Shown here: positions 35,468-45,936 of the stretch, piece after piece
Layout of the letters: each line of letters starts with the position of its first letter
Position numbering within the stretch: the stretch's first letter is position 1
IMG/VR virus record: IMGVR_UViG_3300008629_000003
Location: 1 to 64,000 of that record
DNA: 64,000 nucleotides
Reading direction: 5' to 3' (one strand)
From: a virus
The notes under the pieces: generated by a model
Told to the model about the DNA's origin: nothing
Database searches by the model: none
Seen by the model: the letters and a program-made list of their open reading frames with translations, nothing else
Position numbers and translations under genes: made by a program

Positions 35468-36979
35468 TTAGGCCCGGCCGATGTTGTAGAAATACACATT
35501 CTGGAGGGCGTTGCGCACCTCGGGAACGCAAGCCGAATACATCAGAGGCCGGTCCACTTCAGCCAGAATCGACGCCAGCGCCATGATCCCCATTGATGGC
35601 CCCAGGCTTGCGACGGCCACGGTGTTCGTCGGCGTGTCACCACCGGTCAAGAAGCTGGCCGCATTGTCACGCGCCGCCCAGTATGCCCCGGGCTGCCCAT
35701 TGTGCAGAGCGCGCTCGGAAGCGGAAGTCACCCGCAGACCAAAGGCGTGCGAGGTGTTCGGACGGTAATGGTTCAGATCGTAGGATGTTACTGCGCCACC
35801 GCCCCCGGTGTTCGCTACCTCGAAAATGAACCACGCATCGGTCGAAGCCGAGTCCGCGTCCGTGCCGCGGTAAACCTTGAACGAGTCGGCCAAGGGGTTG
35901 CCCGGGGTGATCGTCAGAGTCACCTCTTGAGTCGCCGCGACGGTCGTGTAGCCCGTTGAAGGCGCACGCGTCCCGAGACTTTCGAGCTCTTCGACGGTCT
36001 CTGTGATCACCCAGAAAATCTCCCCGGCGCTTGCTGCATCCCACTTGGATACCCGGCTACCGCCCGGTGAGCCCGCGGAAGGCGCCGCAACCGTTGGACT
36101 CGTTGTCGGTGCACCAGTAATCAGCGCGCTGCTGTACTGCGGCGCTGCATAGATGGGGGACAAGGTGTTGTCCGACTCAAACCAAATTACCCGGCCCTGG
36201 GTCTGGATGCCTGCAATCTGCTGACCGACCATGTATGGCTTCGCAGAGATCGGCATCGGGAGACGCTGGGCGCCGTCCATAGAGCTCTCAAAGGTCTCGC
36301 GAGTCATCGGATCCATACAAAAGCAATTGAACACACCAAACAGCGTCGCGCTCTTGGCGGCCCGTTCGCGGATCGTGTCAATGGTCAGGGGTGATCCCTG
36401 CATGTCGATTGCGTGGGAGCCATAGGGAGACGTGCCCGTCGTTCCGTCTGTGCCTTCGCGGATCTGCTGTGCCAGTCCTTCGAATCGCAGTCCACTCGCT
36501 CCGAGGCGCGTCTGCGACGTGTCGGAAAAATAGAGGTTCCGGTTCTTCTTGAACAACATATTTTTGCGCAAGGCTACGCGCTCAATGTTCTGAGCGCCCG
36601 TGGTGCCGAGGGCGCGCTGCGTCTTCTCAAGCGCCGCCAAGAGAAAGGTCGGCCCAATCTCGCCCATGAGCTTGATGTTCTTGATCACGCGCTCGGTGCC
36701 GAAGTTGGTCTCAGGGGGCAAGCTCCGCTCCCCAAAAAAACCACTATTCCGGCTGAAGCCATAGGAGGTCACCTTGGTGAATTCGTGCTTGATGCTTGTG
36801 GCGGGCACGGACGGCAGCAACTTCATGAGCGTGAGCTCACCCGGGTCGCTTTCGTTCCAAAGTGTATTGTGGGCCTCGATTTCGAGGTCCTCTGGAACGA
36901 TATCCGTAATGTTTCCGCTGTGAACCGCCTTTTCCAGTGCTTGAAGCAGTTGGGCGGTCTGGGCTCCGTTGATTGACAT
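35468..36979 (-). CDS. major capsid protein
   Basis: 503 aa after protease and scaffold; PEDLE, ATSIKHEF, EGLAQQI, IDMQGSPL, VYFYNIG match the SPO1/Twort-like capsid pattern. Confidence 0.9.
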   Translation of the reverse strand: MSINGAQTAQLLQALEKAVHSGNITDIVPEDLEIEAHNTLWNESDPGELTLMKLLPSVPATSIKHEFTKVTSYGFSRNSGFFGERSLPPETNFGTERVIKNIKLMGEIGPTFLLAALEKTQRALGTTGAQNIERVALRKNMLFKKNRNLYFSDTSQTRLGASGLRFEGLAQQIREGTDGTTGTSPYGSHAIDMQGSPLTIDTIRERAAKSATLFGVFNCFCMDPMTRETFESSMDGAQRLPMPISAKPYMVGQQIAGIQTQGRVIWFESDNTLSPIYAAPQYSSALITGAPTTSPTVAAPSAGSPGGSRVSKWDAASAGEIFWVITETVEELESLGTRAPSTGYTTVAATQEVTLTITPGNPLADSFKVYRGTDADSASTDAWFIFEVANTGGGGAVTSYDLNHYRPNTSHAFGLRVTSASERALHNGQPGAYWAARDNAASFLTGGDTPTNTVAVASLGPSMGIMALASILAEVDRPLMYSACVPEVRNALQNVYFYNIGRA

Positions 36980-37038
36980 TTTTCGGTCCTTCTAAAGTAA
37001 GGTTTAGAGATTCGCTAACGCTACAAACGCTATAGCGG

Positions 37039-37806
37039 TTAGGCTTGAAGAGTCTTCACCGCCTCAATGATTCGCGTGTTGTTGGCGTCGTCGTATGCGT
37101 CGAACTTGCCCGTGTGCTGGTAGCTGCGCAGCTCGTCAGTTGATACGACATGACCCATCCGAGCCTTCGCTAGAACGTCCTTCGGAAACCCTGGCCCTTC
37201 GGCACGCTTGATCTCCTGACGCCGCCGATTCGACACGCGCGGGCGAGCGGGAGCAGTGAAACCCGTGTCCGGTACCGACATGAGAGCCTCATGCGTAGCG
37301 ACCACCGCTTTCCCCATGGGTGCCAGCGTTCCAGCCAACCCGCGGGCGAGCTGTTGATTGCTCTTGACCAGTCCCTTGATCAGCTTGCGGTCGAGCGCGC
37401 GGCCCTTCTCCAGTCGCTCGATTCGCTTGGACATAGCCGTCAGAAATTCCGTAGCGTCGATCGCGCCTTGATCGTAGTCGTTGAACTGACGAGACATTTG
37501 CATGTCTTCGAAGCCTGGCTCGTCGTCCTCTTCGTCTTCGTCGATCTCCTCTTCGTCTTCGTCGATCTCCTCTTCGTCTTCGTCGATCTCCTCTTCGTCT
37601 TCGTCGATCTCCTCTTTGGCCTTGGCCATGGGCTTAACAACCACGCCGAGCAAAGTGTTGAGGCCATCGACCAAGCCCTTCGCCATGGTTTGCATAGCTC
37701 CGTCGGTGTCGTCGGCGAGCTTGCCGATCTCTTCGATTTCGGCCGCTAGGGTGTCGGGATTGATTTTATCCAAGTTAGGCACTTTGGCGCTCCTTGTGGT
37801 TTGCAT
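37039..37806 (-). CDS. capsid scaffolding protein
   Basis: between protease and capsid; acidic and coiled-coil; many [LM]xK[AGS] motifs. Confidence 0.75.
   Translation of the reverse strand: MQTTRSAKVPNLDKINPDTLAAEIEEIGKLADDTDGAMQTMAKGLVDGLNTLLGVVVKPMAKAKEEIDEDEEEIDEDEEEIDEDEEEIDEDEEDDEPGFEDMQMSRQFNDYDQGAIDATEFLTAMSKRIERLEKGRALDRKLIKGLVKSNQQLARGLAGTLAPMGKAVVATHEALMSVPDTGFTAPARPRVSNRRRQEIKRAEGPGFPKDVLAKARMGHVVSTDELRSYQHTGKFDAYDDANNTRIIEAVKTLQA
37526..37616. repeat. 21-bp perfect tandem repeat x4 (EEIDEDE)
   Basis: TCCTCTTCGTCTTCGTCGATC x4. Confidence 0.95.
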
Positions 37807-38653
37807 ATTGAAGGCACCAGCGAATCGCCTCCCGTCGGGAGATTTTAAATCTTCGCCGTACCTGTCGGATCAAGTGTTCCATCTTTTCGGTTTTGGTGTC
37901 GCCTGATACGCCTTCCAAATCTTCCTTAACGACTGCGCCGGTTCCCGCGCCACCCGCGGTAACCGCTTTGGCGAGTGTGCACCGCGCACCTTTGGGGCAT
38001 TTGCAGTTGCGGCAGGCATCGGCGCCGACCATCCCCTTGCGCAGAAAGGCTAACTCCATCGGCTCCAAGGTCGTGTCTGGATTGACCGGAACCTCGCACA
38101 CGGCCGCACAGGTCACCTTAGCGTAGAGGACACGCTTTCGACATGGCGACAACGCCATAGAACCCTCAGCGCTCAAGCCTAGAGGCCGCGGGGTGCCCTT
38201 GAGAAGCTGTGACAAGCTCCAGAAATGATCCGCACGATCAAGCTCGCCCGGGCTAGGCCATTTGTCGGGGGGCAGAAACTTCTGCCATGATTGGGGGTCC
38301 GTCCGGTCAAACAGGTGACCCGTAGTCCAAAATCCGACTTTGCCGTGCGACTTGCTCAACTCTGTGTCGCCGGCGTGAAACTCCAAGGTTGTCGGAACGC
38401 CAACAATGATCGGCTTTCCATCTGGGCCGACTATGTGGGTGTCGTTCCAGAATCCGCCTTTTATGTACTCTTCCCAATTGATATGTCCGAGCTCGCGCGC
38501 TGCGTCCATGATCTGATCGTCGCGATCGACGGTGGGTACCACGCCACCATCTGGGCCGATCTTCCCATAGGTCATCAGCCAACCCCCGAGCGGGCGCGTT
38601 GGTCGCCATCCGGCGCCGCGGCTTTTGACCAAGGGTACAACTTCGCCTTTCAT
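37775..38653 (-). CDS. prohead protease
   Basis: DRDDQIM...WNDTH...IVGVP...LGLSAEG...PVNPDT (HK97-type protease of SPO1/Twort-like phages); start codon uncertain. Confidence 0.8.
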   Translation of the reverse strand: MKGEVVPLVKSRGAGWRPTRPLGGWLMTYGKIGPDGGVVPTVDRDDQIMDAARELGHINWEEYIKGGFWNDTHIVGPDGKPIIVGVPTTLEFHAGDTELSKSHGKVGFWTTGHLFDRTDPQSWQKFLPPDKWPSPGELDRADHFWSLSQLLKGTPRPLGLSAEGSMALSPCRKRVLYAKVTCAAVCEVPVNPDTTLEPMELAFLRKGMVGADACRNCKCPKGARCTLAKAVTAGGAGTGAVVKEDLEGVSGDTKTEKMEHLIRQVRRRFKISRREAIRWCLQYANHKERQSA

Positions 38654-38704
38654 GCGAAAACTGTGTTTGTGGATTGGCGGATTCTGTGACGCTTCACACC
38701 TCAA

Positions 38705-38748
38705 ACAAAAAAAGACCCACCATCCGAGAGCGAAAAAGGATGGTGGGC
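38705..38748 (-). terminator. intrinsic terminator upstream of the protease gene
   Basis: 10-bp stem CCCACCATCC/GGATGGTGGG followed by TCTTTTTTTG. Confidence 0.75.
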
Positions 38749-38796
38749 CGTAGCTGTCGAGAGCCCGCACTCTCATAGCCGCACGCCTACATGTGA

Positions 38797-39072
38797 TCAC
38801 GTTTGTGGAGGATTGTCAACAACTCGGCGCACAATTACCCTTCTGCGGGCTTTGGGCGTGGCGGCGGCGGGCTCTTTTAGCGGCGCGGAGCTCAACAGCG
38901 GAACCTCTATGTCTGCGCCACAGCCACCGGGGCACAGCGCCACCACCCGGCCGTCGCTTCCAACCTTGATGATCCTGTTGGCCAACGTCCACTCCCCGCG
39001 TCGCTTTTTCCACAGCGATTTGTCGCAGGTGTGGCATTTCACCTCCACCGCGGCCGGATCAATCGCGGCCAA
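38797..39072 (-). CDS. zinc-ribbon protein
   Basis: KCHTC...LCPGGC. Confidence 0.7.
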   Translation of the reverse strand: MAAIDPAAVEVKCHTCDKSLWKKRRGEWTLANRIIKVGSDGRVVALCPGGCGADIEVPLLSSAPLKEPAAATPKARRRVIVRRVVDNPPQT

Positions 39073-39301
39073 TGATTGCCTCTAGTCGAGCGCGCTCCGC
39101 TAGAAGAGCCCTGAGACGGCGGTGCGTAAAGATGCCGCCGACGTCTTTGCTCAGGGCTTCTTGGGCCTTCTGTATTGCTGGCCCCATCGTGTCGAGCTGG
39201 GCCTTCGCTCGGGCGATCAGCTTCTTGCGCTGCGCGTCCGACTGAAGCCGGTGGGTTTTAAGGCGTACCAGATGACCGACTGCTTGTTGGTGCTGACTCA
39301 T
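39059..39301 (-). CDS. hypothetical protein
   Basis: ATGA overlap. Confidence 0.7.
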   Translation of the reverse strand: MSQHQQAVGHLVRLKTHRLQSDAQRKKLIARAKAQLDTMGPAIQKAQEALSKDVGGIFTHRRLRALLAERARLEAIIGRD

Positions 39302-42300
39302 GCTGCCCCTTTGTGCTTTTCTTGGAGGGCCTTTTGGTACGCGAAGGCGACCCCGTGCTCGTCTAGGTTAGCGAGCGGGCTTTGGAATACATCGGCAAGC
39401 CCGCTTTTACGGCGCAATCTGCGGCGCGCGGACGTGTCGAATTCTGTGTCTGTGTGCCAATCGTGGACGTCCACATTTCCCGTTTGGCCTTGCCGGTACG
39501 CACGGCCGGATCTCTGGGCGTGACTCTTCATCGTTTGCGGGACGTCGTAGTGGTGGATCGCTTTCCCTCGCTGAAGATTGAGCCCCGCCTCTCCCGACGC
39601 CGTGGATACAATGACGTCGTGCTTCGGCGGGCCGCTCCCCTTCGGGTCGAATCCAAGCCTCACCGAATCGCGAGCCGACGCGGTGAGTCCCCCATGGTAC
39701 AGCGCGGAACGTAGACCGCGGCGGCGAAGCTCTTCGTGGATAAGTTTCGCGCCTGCCAGAGAATCGGAGAACACAATCGAAGGTTTCCCCTTTTGGCTGT
39801 TGCCGTCACGGTCCACATAGAGCCCGTGGTTTACGTCGTGCTCCAGCACGTCGGCCATTTGCTTGAGTTTTTGGTTGTGCTCTACCGGGGCCAGGTTTAC
39901 CGCGCGGCGCATAGCGGACTCTCGAATGATTCCGAGGCTCCGCGACAAGTCACGCGCTACGCGTTCGTGGTCGGCGGCGGGAATATCGAACTTTCCAGGC
40001 GCCGCCAAGAACTTCATCGCTTCCACATCTACGCCCCCACGTTGCCGGGCGGCCCTTGCTCGCTCGTACATTTTTTTGGTCTTGTCTACCAACGCCGCGT
40101 GCTTTCCCGTTAGCTTGATCGGTCCTTCGCCGGGCACCTTCCGTCCCTCTACGATCCGCGGGTTGGAGCTATCCAGACGCTTGACCCCTTCTGGCTTCAC
40201 GTGGGCCGTGTAAGTCATGTGGGCCATCTCGCGGCGGATCGCGTCTGGATTGTGCGCGAGGTCTTGTCCATATGCCTGCATGAATTCGTGAGCGTCTTGG
40301 TACTTCACGGGATCGAGCTTCGATGCCATGGCGAAGACTTCGCGCTCATCGTTTTTGTGCGGCGTAGCCGTCCCGGCCAAGTAGTGTGTACGATTGATCG
40401 GGTGACTTACGGCGCTATTCATCATCGCGACCCCGCTTGGGTTGTCTCTCCACGTCCCAAGGTGCGCCTCATCCTCATACACCATGTGCTTTGGGATCCC
40501 GTGGGCATCGAAAGCCTCACGCATCCACCGGGCGCGGGTCTCGGGCGTGGCGCTTTCCATGTCGGTCCTCATTTGCTTGGGTGTTCGGCCATGGTGTTCG
40601 CTCATGAGCTGGAGGGCAGTGTCGCGGAATGCCTGGTGTGTCATCACCCGCATGTGCAACGAATCGTCTTTGAGCATTGCCACGCGGTCGGCGTGCTTTT
40701 TGCCAACGCCTGTGCTCCAATTGTATTGGCCCGGCTCGGTAAATTGAAGCATTGCGCTATCAAATTGCGATTGGACGGCAGCGGGCACCAGAAACAAACC
40801 GTGCTTTGTGTCGCCAGCGCTGTGTAGGTGTGTGAATCCCCCGATCCCGATCGCCGTCTTACCCGTACCAGTCCCAAGGAACGCTCCAACCGATCCAGAT
40901 TCCTGCAACATCTTGATCACGCGCTGGCCGTGGACACGCTCTTTATCCATGCGGATACCAAACAGCGGCACTTTTTGGCCAGCTTTGAAGCCCTTGCCGA
41001 CCTTGCTTACCATGGATGTTAGCTGCTCTTCGGCTTGTTTGCCGAGCGTGTGGCGCTCGCCTTTGCCGGGGTCCGGTAGCTTCCGCGCTTCTTTTTGGGG
41101 CGGCGGTTTTGCGCTGAACATCGCCATTTGGTTTTGCCTGTCGATCTCCTCGTGAACCAAATGCTCAGACGCTTTGCGCTTTGCCGCGCCCTTTCCGCCC
41201 ATATCCGCGAATCCGCCGCGCTCACGTTTTTGCACCTTGGCGTACATGCTTCGTTGTTCCGATAGATACTGGTCCAGCTCATCCGGCGTCGACGTGCCTT
41301 TTATGTGCCGCTCTTTGTTCGGGATTTCTTGAACGCCAACGCGCAACGATCGGCCCGTGAGCTGACCGTGGTGGCGCTGCATCGTTTTTGCGAAGTCGCC
41401 GCGGATCTCGTGCTGCATAGCGGTCTGGGCGAGCTCCAGAGACGTGTGCGCGTTTACAAACTTCCCCCACGCGGTTGGCTGCTTGGCGACCTCGTCTTTG
41501 ATTTCACGAACCCGAGCGGGATCTGGGTTGTCTCCGAGCGCGGAGATCGCATCTTGCAAGCTGGCGCGGCGGTATTTTTTGAGAACTTCGTCACGGTCGC
41601 GCGCCCAGTCCTTCCACTCTGGGGACGGCCCCGGCGCCATGAAGGACATACTCAGCGTCCCCCGATCCGGGTTTGGCTCGGGGCCTAGCTTTTGCATTTC
41701 GGCCATGTATCGGGTTTCATCGACCTTTGTTTTCTTGTCGATCCCCATTCGGTCATAGTAAAAATCTCGGAGCGCGGCCTTGTCGTCGTGCGTCATTTCC
41801 GCCAACGGCTTGAAGGCTGCGACCGCGGTTGGGTGTTCCGCAAGCGACCGAAATACCGCCTCGTGGGTATTTGGGTCGTTCACCTGCAAATCTTGGGAGT
41901 GGATAGCCCCGGCCGTTTTGCCGTAGGTCTTCTCCATGAACCGATCCGAAAGCCCCTCGAAATGTTCCGACACCTCCTCATACTTGACCTTTTTCCCGTC
42001 CTCCCCTCTCATCGGAAAGAGCTCACGCACGTGATCGATGTATTGCTGACGGTCGGGTGCTCGTTCTATGTTCTGCGGGCTCAACAGGTCGGTCATTACG
42101 GCCGACGGGTGCTCGCCCTCTGCCAGCCTAGATCCAATGTGGTCCTCTAAGCCTTGCCGCACGTCTGAACCCAGGTCCAAATCCTGATACAACGGAGGCG
42201 ACTCGGGGACCGGGTCATTAAACGACGAATTTGCACGGCGCGCGATTCCCGTTGGTAACCAGCCCTCCTCGTCGTGTTCGCCGTTACGAATCGCAACGGC

Positions 42301-45300
42301 ACGCGCCCGCTTTTCCATTTCGGCCTTCGGCGTCTTTGTGATCAAATTATCCCAGGAACCGCTCGGGATACTGACCTTTTTCTGCTTGTGGTCGACTTGG
42401 TAATGCTCGGGCCGCAATCCAACGGAATGAAGCCACTGGAGCGTCGTTGCTGTGTCGCCCTTGACTTCTAGTTGGTCGGGTAGACGCGTACGAAATGCGT
42501 GGCCCATGGTTGCCGTCGCTTCCATCTTGCCAATTGCCGCCCCGACGGCCGACTGTGCGTCGTCGATGTCTTGGTTGTAGGCGTCAAGCTGCAACAACGC
42601 CGTCTCAATATCCCCGGCCGTCTCCACCGCTGTTGACAGGTCGGGGACGATCTTGTTTGCGGTGGCGATGGCATCGGCCGCCACCGGTTCCAATCGGTCG
42701 GCGTGATACCCCTCCAGCGCGTGCAAGACCGTGGATCCGTCGTGGCCGTCGGACTCCAGCGCAAACCGAGTCAGAATCGCCGCATTTTTCAATCCTATGG
42801 CCTCGACTGTGCTTCGGTCTAGATAGCGTTGACCACCAATACCAAGAGACACATCGGCGATTTCTGAATAATGCGCCTGGGCCACGGAGTTTAACGCCAC
42901 CGAGCTACCCGTATCGTGCAGACCCAAAAGCTGATTAGTGAGCGACCGCTGGGTCTGCTCTCGTATGGATTCGGTTGTTTTAGTGTCTAGCGCCTCGCTC
43001 ACGTCGATCTTGAAAGCCGACCGAGCCGCTAGATAGTCGCCCTTCTCGATCTCCTTGTTGAGCTTGCGGAACTCTTTCGACTTCTGGGCGAGCTCCACCG
43101 CGTCCGACAACACCTCGCGCATTTCTGCGAGCTCCACCGGCTGGGGGGGGGCTTTTTCTGCCTCAAGCAACCCCAGACGTTTGGCCGTCCCGGCCGCGCG
43201 GGCAAATGACCCGACCATGTCTCCATGCGCCAGGGCCTTCATTGCGGTGTGAGGCGATTCTTCTTTTTCAATTTCTGCAAAACGCTTTGCGCGCGACTTC
43301 TCCACCTCAAACCGGCGCAGCTTGGCGGCGGCGGCGCGCTGGAGCTCTTCTTTGCCGTCGTCGGCCGTTTCTTCCAACCCTCGCCGCTTCATTTCCTCAC
43401 GTACGGCCGGGTGCTTTAGCGCCGCGGCGTCGCCTTCTGATGCGGCCTTTAGCAGTCGCGCGTCTTGCAGGGCTTGAAGCGACCGTCGGGTCACCTCGTC
43501 GCTGGCTTTTGGTGGCGTCGAAGGTATTCCGCCTTTGTCATCCCGACCGCCTAATCGCTCCAGCTTTTTGTCGGGGCTTGGTTGAGAGTCGATGATCTCC
43601 AGCGCAGCCTCAGCCGCTTTGGACCCAACTTCCGACTTTCCCGCTGATCGACGTTGCTTGCGTTTTCGCCGGTCGATTTTTCTCTCTTCTCGTTCGCGGT
43701 TATCTAGTTGCAACGCCAACGTCGCCAACTCTTGCGCCTTTGCCGCTACGGCCGGCGTTTCTTTCATCGCTTGCGCGACGTTGGCTTTCCAACCCGCTTG
43801 CTGGCCTTTTGCTTCGGCCACCTTCTCGGCAATCTCGCGCGCTTGCGCCTTTGCTTCTCGTAGCTGTTTGGCATGGTGCCGCGAAAGCACCAGATTTTTG
43901 GCACCCTTCGGCATGTGGATCAAGTTGGATTCGTCTAGATCCTCGGATACGTTGCCAGCTTTGGCGCGAACCTTTTCGATAAAATCCCGCTCGGCGCCGC
44001 GCTTGGCATCTTTGACCTTTTGCTTGGCCTGCTTTTCGTCCTCAATAGCCGCCGCGCTCATTTTGCTTTTGCGCTTTTTCTCTTCGACGGCCTTCTTCTT
44101 TCGCCGGCCTTTGGCCTCTTTCTTGTACTCCTCCTCCGATTTAATGTCCTTGAGTTTGAGGTAGCTTAGCTTTCCACCGGCGCCGCCGACAATACGGTGA
44201 ACCCCTTCGCCGGCCGGCTCAATGATCACCGGCACCCCGCGCTCATCTTTGCCATTCGGGTGCACGGTGATCCACCGCTGGCCAGGCTTGAGAGGGAGTG
44301 AAGCTTTTCGCATGGGTTGCGGCAACAGACCCGAAAGCTTGTCATAAGTCGCCTGGTATTTCTCGGTCTCCTCTTCGGACGCAAGAAACCACATGACGCT
44401 GGACAGGTGGTCAGCCCACAAACGCCACCGACGCGACGCTCTTTCGATCCGCCCCGGGTCTCTTGACTCCAACGCGCTCTCTAGGATTTTTCGGCGGGGT
44501 CGCTCTTGCTTCTGTAGCTCTTGGACGTTTTCTGGAAACAGGGCGTGGTCGTGGCGATAGTAGAACGAAGAGAGCTCCTCCACGTCGGTGGCTTCGTCGC
44601 CCCCCTCAACTGCTTGGCCTAGATCCATCATCTGGAGGTGACCGTTTGCATCTCGGCCGACCTGGATCTGATCGTTGATTGTCCAGCCGTGGTCGTGCAT
44701 GTGCAACACAGCGTCGCGGACGTGGTCTAGCTCGTCGGGGGTCAGGTCTTTGGCTTCGTCCAAATACGGCCGAATCATCCAAAACCGGCCGTCGTAGACG
44801 CCGCCGCTTGCCTTTTGCACCATCGGCAAATCTTGCAACGCTTTGCGAGCGAGGTATTCGTTGCGCAAATGATCGATCGCTTCGGCTGGCGTTCGGTGGC
44901 CGTCGCTTTCGGCCTGAAACGGCGTCGTGGTTGAAACCTTAACGACGTGGCCGCCCACCCGATACACGACCCCGTCCTGCCCTTTTCCTAGATACTTGCC
45001 GCCACCGCTCAACAGCTTTTTGATTACGGGGTGTGGAGCTCCCTCGGGGTCGTGGTGGAGCTCTTTACGCATGTCGTGAATATGGTGCGGGACCGATTGT
45101 GTCGGCACCTTGTACGGCCGGCTAGTGTGCTCCCCGCCGTGGGTAAACGAGCGCTTACGGGTGAGCCATGTATGATTTTCGTCCTGCTTGTGAACATGAA
45201 TCGACCCGCCGCCGTACGCGTTCGGAGTTTCCCACGACGCGCCGGGCTTGACGTCATTTTCGTGGACCTTTTGCCAGCGCTTGACGCCCGTCTTGGTGGT

Positions 45301-45705
45301 CTTGAGTACAAGCCCCGGCCGGTTTTTTAGGCGCTGGCCTTTCTGCAACGCCTTTGGCACCCACGCCCGCCAATTCTTGATCGCCGACACTGGGAACCGC
45401 TTTTCCCCCTTTGGCGAATGTGCGTCGTGGACCGTGTATTGGCCGTGTTCGATCCGGTGGGATGACCCATCCTCGGCAATGGCCCGCACGCCCGCGGCGC
45501 CCGACGATTGGCTCAGGCCACGGTACGCGTTCCCGTTTGCATCGGCCCAGCGTAGATAAGCGCGACGGCCCCAGCCAACTGACGCATAGCGGTGCTTGTG
45601 GGGCACCTTGACCGAAAACGATTCTCCGCTATCTCCGCAGGTTATGTCCAGCTCGACGTGGCTTGGCCTTGCTGTCGTGCAACACCTACAAGGACGAAAG
45701 GGCAT
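39298..45705 (-). CDS. giant multidomain protein: kinase-like domain plus C-terminal SNF2/SF2 helicase
   Basis: LGKGQDGVVY..VVK..E..MDLG; GTGTGKT, DEAH, TATP, GEAGLNLQ, QRSGRAYR. Confidence 0.85.
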   Translation of the reverse strand: MPFRPCRCCTTARPSHVELDITCGDSGESFSVKVPHKHRYASVGWGRRAYLRWADANGNAYRGLSQSSGAAGVRAIAEDGSSHRIEHGQYTVHDAHSPKGEKRFPVSAIKNWRAWVPKALQKGQRLKNRPGLVLKTTKTGVKRWQKVHENDVKPGASWETPNAYGGGSIHVHKQDENHTWLTRKRSFTHGGEHTSRPYKVPTQSVPHHIHDMRKELHHDPEGAPHPVIKKLLSGGGKYLGKGQDGVVYRVGGHVVKVSTTTPFQAESDGHRTPAEAIDHLRNEYLARKALQDLPMVQKASGGVYDGRFWMIRPYLDEAKDLTPDELDHVRDAVLHMHDHGWTINDQIQVGRDANGHLQMMDLGQAVEGGDEATDVEELSSFYYRHDHALFPENVQELQKQERPRRKILESALESRDPGRIERASRRWRLWADHLSSVMWFLASEEETEKYQATYDKLSGLLPQPMRKASLPLKPGQRWITVHPNGKDERGVPVIIEPAGEGVHRIVGGAGGKLSYLKLKDIKSEEEYKKEAKGRRKKKAVEEKKRKSKMSAAAIEDEKQAKQKVKDAKRGAERDFIEKVRAKAGNVSEDLDESNLIHMPKGAKNLVLSRHHAKQLREAKAQAREIAEKVAEAKGQQAGWKANVAQAMKETPAVAAKAQELATLALQLDNREREERKIDRRKRKQRRSAGKSEVGSKAAEAALEIIDSQPSPDKKLERLGGRDDKGGIPSTPPKASDEVTRRSLQALQDARLLKAASEGDAAALKHPAVREEMKRRGLEETADDGKEELQRAAAAKLRRFEVEKSRAKRFAEIEKEESPHTAMKALAHGDMVGSFARAAGTAKRLGLLEAEKAPPQPVELAEMREVLSDAVELAQKSKEFRKLNKEIEKGDYLAARSAFKIDVSEALDTKTTESIREQTQRSLTNQLLGLHDTGSSVALNSVAQAHYSEIADVSLGIGGQRYLDRSTVEAIGLKNAAILTRFALESDGHDGSTVLHALEGYHADRLEPVAADAIATANKIVPDLSTAVETAGDIETALLQLDAYNQDIDDAQSAVGAAIGKMEATATMGHAFRTRLPDQLEVKGDTATTLQWLHSVGLRPEHYQVDHKQKKVSIPSGSWDNLITKTPKAEMEKRARAVAIRNGEHDEEGWLPTGIARRANSSFNDPVPESPPLYQDLDLGSDVRQGLEDHIGSRLAEGEHPSAVMTDLLSPQNIERAPDRQQYIDHVRELFPMRGEDGKKVKYEEVSEHFEGLSDRFMEKTYGKTAGAIHSQDLQVNDPNTHEAVFRSLAEHPTAVAAFKPLAEMTHDDKAALRDFYYDRMGIDKKTKVDETRYMAEMQKLGPEPNPDRGTLSMSFMAPGPSPEWKDWARDRDEVLKKYRRASLQDAISALGDNPDPARVREIKDEVAKQPTAWGKFVNAHTSLELAQTAMQHEIRGDFAKTMQRHHGQLTGRSLRVGVQEIPNKERHIKGTSTPDELDQYLSEQRSMYAKVQKRERGGFADMGGKGAAKRKASEHLVHEEIDRQNQMAMFSAKPPPQKEARKLPDPGKGERHTLGKQAEEQLTSMVSKVGKGFKAGQKVPLFGIRMDKERVHGQRVIKMLQESGSVGAFLGTGTGKTAIGIGGFTHLHSAGDTKHGLFLVPAAVQSQFDSAMLQFTEPGQYNWSTGVGKKHADRVAMLKDDSLHMRVMTHQAFRDTALQLMSEHHGRTPKQMRTDMESATPETRARWMREAFDAHGIPKHMVYEDEAHLGTWRDNPSGVAMMNSAVSHPINRTHYLAGTATPHKNDEREVFAMASKLDPVKYQDAHEFMQAYGQDLAHNPDAIRREMAHMTYTAHVKPEGVKRLDSSNPRIVEGRKVPGEGPIKLTGKHAALVDKTKKMYERARAARQRGGVDVEAMKFLAAPGKFDIPAADHERVARDLSRSLGIIRESAMRRAVNLAPVEHNQKLKQMADVLEHDVNHGLYVDRDGNSQKGKPSIVFSDSLAGAKLIHEELRRRGLRSALYHGGLTASARDSVRLGFDPKGSGPPKHDVIVSTASGEAGLNLQRGKAIHHYDVPQTMKSHAQRSGRAYRQGQTGNVDVHDWHTDTEFDTSARRRLRRKSGLADVFQSPLANLDEHGVAFAYQKALQEKHKGAA

Positions 45706-45708
45706 GTG

Positions 45709-45933
45709 TCACCTTGGGAGATCAGACGCATCATGGCCGGTCACGGGGCTATATCGGATCGCGCCGGCTGTTTCTTTCAAGTCGTGCAGGAGCTTCCGGT
45801 AGCGTTCCCGCTCTAGCGGAGAGCTAGAAGACTGGATCGCTTTTTCGACGCGACCAACCGCCGCCTCTAGTTTTCCGCTCGATTTTTGAAGCTTGATCTC
45901 TGCCAAAATCGACTCAGCATGTAGCGCTTTCAT
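45709..45933 (-). CDS. hypothetical protein
   Basis: fills the gap between two giant genes. Confidence 0.65.
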   Translation of the reverse strand: MKALHAESILAEIKLQKSSGKLEAAVGRVEKAIQSSSSPLERERYRKLLHDLKETAGAIRYSPVTGHDASDLPR

Positions 45934-45936
45934 ATT

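Noticed and set aside
15643-36979. Tail cluster as an eCIS or tailocin
   Set aside because: Terminase, portal, protease and capsid genes are present, so this is a complete phage morphogenesis module
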